Of a DNA stretch of 64,000 nucleotides, positions 59,441 to 64,000 are shown one piece after another. The stretch covers positions 2,208,001 through 2,272,000 of the forward strand of contig OY764216.1 of the NCBI GenBank assembly GCA_963668315.1, read 5' to 3'. Origin of the DNA: Spirochaetia bacterium (GTDB lineage: Bacteria > Spirochaetota > Spirochaetia > DSM-2461). Below the pieces are notes generated by a model that was not told the origin of the DNA, did not search any database, and worked only from the letters and a program-made list of their open reading frames with translations. Within the stretch, counting starts at the first letter, position 1; the number at the start of each line of letters is the position of its first letter. The translations under genes were made by a program, and so were the position numbers.

Positions 59441-60621
59441 TTTATCACACCGTTTTCCTTAAGGCTCGCCACTTCCGTGGTTGTGAGAACCCGGGTAATT
59501 TTCCCGTTTTCATCCTCCGAGGTCTGAACCATCGGCGGTTCTTTGAACAGGTGGCGGTTATTGTCGACGAGAAGCTTTACAATGGGATAACGGGGCTTGT
59601 CGCTGTTGACCTTCGTCACGACTCCGATGGAGTTGTTTTTCATGATCACATAGCAGCCGATGGGGTAGAGGGAGAGAGACTCGAGAAGGGGAAGAAGGAT
59701 GTCCCGGTCGTATAGCCTCTCCATCTCTTTGAGAAGGGTAGTCATGCTGGTATGGGCATCCTTTTCGCTGCGGAAGGGGCGGGAAGAGATCTGGGCGTCG
59801 TAACTGCAGGCTATGGCGATGATTTTCCCGTACAGGGAGATTCGGTTTCCCCCCAGCTTCTGGGGATAACCCGATCCGTTCTCCCTTTCATGATGCTCCA
59901 GAATTCCCAGCATGATATCCTGGGAGAGGGGCGGCTGAAGATCCTTCAGATCTTTTATCATTCTGTAGCCGAGCAGGGGATGGAGGGAGATGGTTTTTTT
60001 CTCTTCCGGCGTCAGGGCTCCCTCCTTATTGTAAATCTCCGGGGGAATCTGCAGCATTCCCACTTCATGAAGCATGCAGGAAATACCCACCTCGATCACT
60101 TTATGGGGGGCGATCCGGGGCGTTTTCAGCTTGGAGGCGATAGTCAGGGCGATAATCGTCGTTCTGACGGCATGGGTGAGAAAATAGGGATGGTTCTTAA
60201 CATTCTTCAACTCGGAGAACCTGAGAATATAGGTCTCGTTCTCCTTAATCATGCCTATTATGTCCTTGATCAGTTCCGTGAGTGTATTCAGGTTGATGCT
60301 GTTCGTTCTCTTGAAGCGCTCGAAGAAGTCCTCCGACTGATCGAGATAACGGTTATAGGCCGACTGGGCCTGGGCCAGTCCCTCCCTCTCTTTCTCGTAT
60401 TGGTCCAGAGAGGCTCCGGTCAGGGCATTGGTCGCCGAGACTTCGCTGGGAATGGGGGAGCCTTCGGTGAAACATTTGGCATACTGCCACTTTTTAAGCA
60501 GTTCGATAAGCGTATCGCTGACGGGTAAATCACCTGAGAGCACCATAAAACCGGAATCAAGGTACAAGGGTGATTCGTAATACGTTCCCGTTTCCATTTT
60601 ATTGACTTCTACTACATTCAT
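59437..60621 (-). CDS. HD-GYP domain protein (HD replaced by HE)
   Basis: LHEVG, HP..GY, HHERENGSGYP, SLYPIG; SD GGAG precedes ATG 60621. Confidence 0.85.
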   Translation of the reverse strand: MNVVEVNKMETGTYYESPLYLDSGFMVLSGDLPVSDTLIELLKKWQYAKCFTEGSPIPSEVSATNALTGASLDQYEKEREGLAQAQSAYNRYLDQSEDFFERFKRTNSINLNTLTELIKDIIGMIKENETYILRFSELKNVKNHPYFLTHAVRTTIIALTIASKLKTPRIAPHKVIEVGISCMLHEVGMLQIPPEIYNKEGALTPEEKKTISLHPLLGYRMIKDLKDLQPPLSQDIMLGILEHHERENGSGYPQKLGGNRISLYGKIIAIACSYDAQISSRPFRSEKDAHTSMTTLLKEMERLYDRDILLPLLESLSLYPIGCYVIMKNNSIGVVTKVNSDKPRYPIVKLLVDNNRHLFKEPPMVQTSEDENGKITRVLTTTEVASLKENGVIK

Positions 60622-60722
60622 GCATGCTTCTCCCCAGGTGTGATTTCTGCGTTGACCACCTTGATAAAATACTCTAAACTGCAACATGTTCAAGGTTTAC
60701 TTATATTATAGGAGAATCGGAC

Positions 60723-61544
60723 ATGAAATTTAAGACAATATTCATCCTTTTTAACATTATCGTACTGTTTGCGTTTCTGTTTATCACTCTGATTCCCCTG
60801 ATTATGCTGGGTAATGAATACTCCTCGCTCTTCTGGTCGCAGAATTGGATCCTGGTGGCCCTTTTCCTGCTTTTCATCGGGATTCTGGACGGCTATTTCA
60901 TTATGAACTGGAAGCTTTTCCATTATCTGGAGGAGGAGGACTGGCCCGGACTTCTTTACTACCTGGAAGAAAAAATCTTTGATAAGAAGAGACTTACGAG
61001 ACGATACGCCTCCCTTTATATCAACGGAGCGCTTTCCGTTTCCAATCTGGATAAAATCGACAGGCTGGAAGCGGAGGTCCGGGAAAGAAAACCGGCCCTT
61101 TTCCGCACGGTCGGACTGCAGCTCGGCGTAAACCGATTGCTCAAGAAGGATTCATCCGGTTCGGAGACGTTTTTCCGTGATCTTCTGGCTATGGAAAGGG
61201 TTCGTGACAGGGAGTGGCTTCAGTGGTGTCTGGCCTTCTCCTGCTACAGCGACAAGAGGGTCGACGAAGCCCTTGAGCCGCTTATGGTGATCCTGGAAAG
61301 CAAAGCGAAAGATCCGGTTCTCCGTCTGCTTGACTGTTATCTTCTGGATACCCTGAGAAGCAAGATCCCCCTGGAGAAGCAGAGTGTACTTTCCGAGAAG
61401 ATCCTGGCCCTGAAAAAGGAGACGATCTCCCAGTCCTCCTGGAACCGGGCCGTTGAAAAGAGCCGGGAGAAAAACATCCTGTCCGTATTCATGTCTTCCC
61501 TCATCGAAGACGCCTATAAATGGATCGGTCAGATCGAAGGTTAG
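60723..61544 (+). CDS. Hypothetical membrane protein with helical C-terminal domain
   Basis: Two N-terminal TM segments; SD AGGAG. Confidence 0.78.
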   Translation: MKFKTIFILFNIIVLFAFLFITLIPLIMLGNEYSSLFWSQNWILVALFLLFIGILDGYFIMNWKLFHYLEEEDWPGLLYYLEEKIFDKKRLTRRYASLYINGALSVSNLDKIDRLEAEVRERKPALFRTVGLQLGVNRLLKKDSSGSETFFRDLLAMERVRDREWLQWCLAFSCYSDKRVDEALEPLMVILESKAKDPVLRLLDCYLLDTLRSKIPLEKQSVLSEKILALKKETISQSSWNRAVEKSREKNILSVFMSSLIEDAYKWIGQIEG

Positions 61545-61552
61545 GATTAAGC

Positions 61553-62764
61553 ATGATTGAGAAATCCCAGAAACTTGCCAATGTCTGTTACGATATCCGG
61601 GGGCCCGTTATGGATGAGTCCGCCCGGATGGAAGAGGAGGGGATTTCCCTCATCAAGCTGAATATCGGCAATCTGGCGCCCTTCGGGTTCCGGGCTCCCG
61701 ATGAGATTGTCAGGGATATCATCAGAAACCTTCCCGACGCCGAAGGCTACAGCGCTTCCAAAGGGCTTTTCGCCGCCCGGAAGGCGATCATGCAGGAGTG
61801 TCAGAAGCTGGGGATCGTCGGCGTGGATATCGAGGATATCTATACGGGAAACGGCGTCAGCGAACTGATACAGCTCTCCACCCAGGCCCTGCTGAACCGG
61901 GGGGACGAGATGCTTGTCCCCGCTCCCGACTACCCCCTGTGGACCGCGTCGGTCAATCTGGCCGGAGGACGGGCCGTCCATTATCTCTGCGATGAGGAGT
62001 CCGGCTGGATTCCCGACCTGGCGGATATGGAGAAAAAGATAAGCGACAAGACCCGGGGGATCGTCGTCATCAATCCCAACAACCCCACGGGAGCCGTCTA
62101 TCCCAGGAGCGTGCTGGAAGGAATCGTCGAGCTGGCGAGAAAGCATAAGCTGATTATTTTCGCCGATGAAATATATGACAAGATCCTTTATGACGGAAAC
62201 GTGCACATCCCCCTGGCGTCACTGGCGGATGATCTCTTGTTTCTGACGTTCAACGGCCTCTCCAAAGCCTACCGTTCCTGCGGGTTCCGGGCGGGCTGGA
62301 TGGTACTGAGCGGAGCAAAGAAAGAGGCGACCGGCTATATCGAAGGACTGAATATGCTCTCTAATATGCGCCTGTGCAGCAATGTGCCGGGGCAGTTCGC
62401 CATTCAGACGGCCCTGGGCGGCTATCAGAGCATCAACGAGCTTATCCAGCCGGAAGGAAGACTCTGCAAGCAGCGGGAGTACCTCTACGAACGGCTTTCC
62501 GCCATACCGGGCATCAGCTGTCAGAAACCGGGAGGCGCCCTGTATCTTTTTCCTAAAATGGATAAGAAGCGTTTTCATCTGAAGGATGATATGCAGTTTG
62601 CCCTTGACCTTCTGCGGGAGACCCGTGTTCTGATCGTCCAGGGCACCGGTTTCAACTGGCCCGAGCCGGATCATTTCCGCATTGTCTTTCTCCCCGATCT
62701 GGAGAGCCTGTCAATGGCTGCCGATCGTCTTGAGAAATTCTTCGCAGGCTACCGTCAGGGCTGA
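61553..62764 (+). CDS. alaA: Glutamate-pyruvate aminotransferase (PLP class I/II)
   Basis: KSQKLANVCYDIRGPV, LNIGN, NPNNPTG, DEIY, GLSK.YR..GFRAGW. Confidence 0.9.
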   Translation: MIEKSQKLANVCYDIRGPVMDESARMEEEGISLIKLNIGNLAPFGFRAPDEIVRDIIRNLPDAEGYSASKGLFAARKAIMQECQKLGIVGVDIEDIYTGNGVSELIQLSTQALLNRGDEMLVPAPDYPLWTASVNLAGGRAVHYLCDEESGWIPDLADMEKKISDKTRGIVVINPNNPTGAVYPRSVLEGIVELARKHKLIIFADEIYDKILYDGNVHIPLASLADDLLFLTFNGLSKAYRSCGFRAGWMVLSGAKKEATGYIEGLNMLSNMRLCSNVPGQFAIQTALGGYQSINELIQPEGRLCKQREYLYERLSAIPGISCQKPGGALYLFPKMDKKRFHLKDDMQFALDLLRETRVLIVQGTGFNWPEPDHFRIVFLPDLESLSMAADRLEKFFAGYRQG

Positions 62765-64000
62765 CAATTCCTCTTCCTGCCCCCTGATAAAGCTGTCCTC
62801 CTCCAGTTTTCCCAGTACGGCATCCCTCTCTTCCGGCGAATCGAAGGTGATGAGCCTGAATTTCTGGGTATAATCCTTTTCCCGGGATTGGCGGGTTACG
62901 TTCAGGAGCTCTTCCGCCGTAGCCAGGGCTCCCCGGATCAGCCCGTCCAGGTCTTTTCCCGTGAGTTCCTTCTTCCCGGTCATTTCAAACCAGCAGGCGG
63001 CGCTGTGGCGTAATTTTTCCAGAGGGTAGCCCTCTCCCCAGGTACGGTAAAGACCGTGAAGGTCATCCCAGCTGTCGATGAGTCCCGCCTTCATATCCCC
63101 CTCCAGCCGGTCAATCCACCCATGGGGCACCAGCTGGCCGCCCGCGTTGTACCAGGTTTCCCGGCGGCAGCCCTTCACCAGGTCCCCGTACCCATCGATT
63201 CCGATGGCTTTCCCGGTAAAATCCAGAAGATTCAGGGCAAAATAGTACTCCACAAGCCGTCCGTAGGTCCGCCAGGCCCGGGCGGGGTAAAGGATACGCG
63301 CCGGACGGCGTCCCTTTTCCAGGGAATGCTTCTGCAGGACGATATCTTCCGGGTCCCGGTTGGGATCCATCAGGTTCTCCTTCCCGCACCACTCTTCCAG
63401 CAGCCGCCGGGCTTTCATCACCGCTTCCATGGAGTCGGGGGCCAGATAGTGAAATTCCAGTTTCTGGTGTTCCTCCCGCCTTTTATCGCGGCGGGCATAT
63501 TTCCAGCTGTTCCGGGCCATGGCGTACATGTTGTAATGGAACCAGTAGGCGGGCATAATCGTCAGCATGCCCCGGCTCTCGTCATTGGAGAGGAGGGAGA
63601 AGGGCAGGGGAATATCCAGTTCCGCCGGGTAGGCCCCCTTGCTTATCAGGGTGTAGGGGGCGAAGCGGCTGTTATGCTTGAGGCTTGTGTTCAGCCCCGG
63701 CCAGAATCCCCGGGAGGCTACGATCTCTCCGTCCGATCCGCGGGAGTTATGGTTGGAACCCACCGTGGCTCCCGCGGCCATATTGGTCTGCCCCTGAAGG
63801 ACGGAGGCTATGAGAAAGGAGTTGTTGTGGTGCTGCTCATGGAAGGGGAAAATGAGGGCGTTGAGAACTTCGCAGCACGATATGGTGCTGTTCGCCCCCA
63901 GAAAGCTGTTGATAAGCCGGGCCCCGTATTTAAGCTGGGACTCTTCGCCCAGGATAAAGCGGACCGCTTTGACGCCGTAGAAAATACGGGCCCCCCGATG
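62711..64000 (-). CDS. DUF4954-like protein, 5' end outside the window
   Basis: The frame continues upstream (NSTISCCEVLNALIFPFHEQHHNNSFL); GATVGSNHNSR, RGFWPGL, MPAYW..YNMYA.ARN..K. Confidence 0.75.
   Translation of the reverse strand, partial: HRGARIFYGVKAVRFILGEESQLKYGARLINSFLGANSTISCCEVLNALIFPFHEQHHNNSFLIASVLQGQTNMAAGATVGSNHNSRGSDGEIVASRGFWPGLNTSLKHNSRFAPYTLISKGAYPAELDIPLPFSLLSNDESRGMLTIMPAYWFHYNMYAMARNSWKYARRDKRREEHQKLEFHYLAPDSMEAVMKARRLLEEWCGKENLMDPNRDPEDIVLQKHSLEKGRRPARILYPARAWRTYGRLVEYYFALNLLDFTGKAIGIDGYGDLVKGCRRETWYNAGGQLVPHGWIDRLEGDMKAGLIDSWDDLHGLYRTWGEGYPLEKLRHSAACWFEMTGKKELTGKDLDGLIRGALATAEELLNVTRQSREKDYTQKFRLITFDSPEERDAVLGKLEEDSFIRGQEEELSALTVACEEFLKTIGSH

Overview
Chromosomal window from a GC-rich spirochete (Spirochaetales-like). 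The assignment rests on the cdaA-cdaR-DUF2225-truA-UDG-priA gene order, a spirochete-type lipoprotein, and DUF4954/DUF6675-like proteins. Content is mostly housekeeping and accessory genes: argA, gltX, secA, an FtsI-like PBP, punA, folP, queD, iscS, alaA, several transporters, a two-component pair, c-di-GMP and c-di-AMP enzymes, and a double-MoxR cluster. There are four tRNA genes (Lys, Glu, 2x Asn) and an AT-rich IS1-like transposase cut off by the left edge. Most notable signals: (i) at least 10 operon-first genes have a -10 hexamer exactly 6 nt before the ATG and no Shine-Dalgarno, suggesting pervasive leaderless mRNA; (ii) a candidate ~90-nt sRNA with an anti-SD loop at 49499-49590; (iii) a methanogen-type DUF39/NIL-ferredoxin/UPF0280 sulfide-to-homocysteine operon; (iv) tandem secreted coiled-coil paralogs duplicated with their promoter; (v) several enzymes with substituted catalytic motifs (UDG4, M23, HE-GYP, one MoxR). 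All family calls come from recognising motifs by eye; no database search was run.
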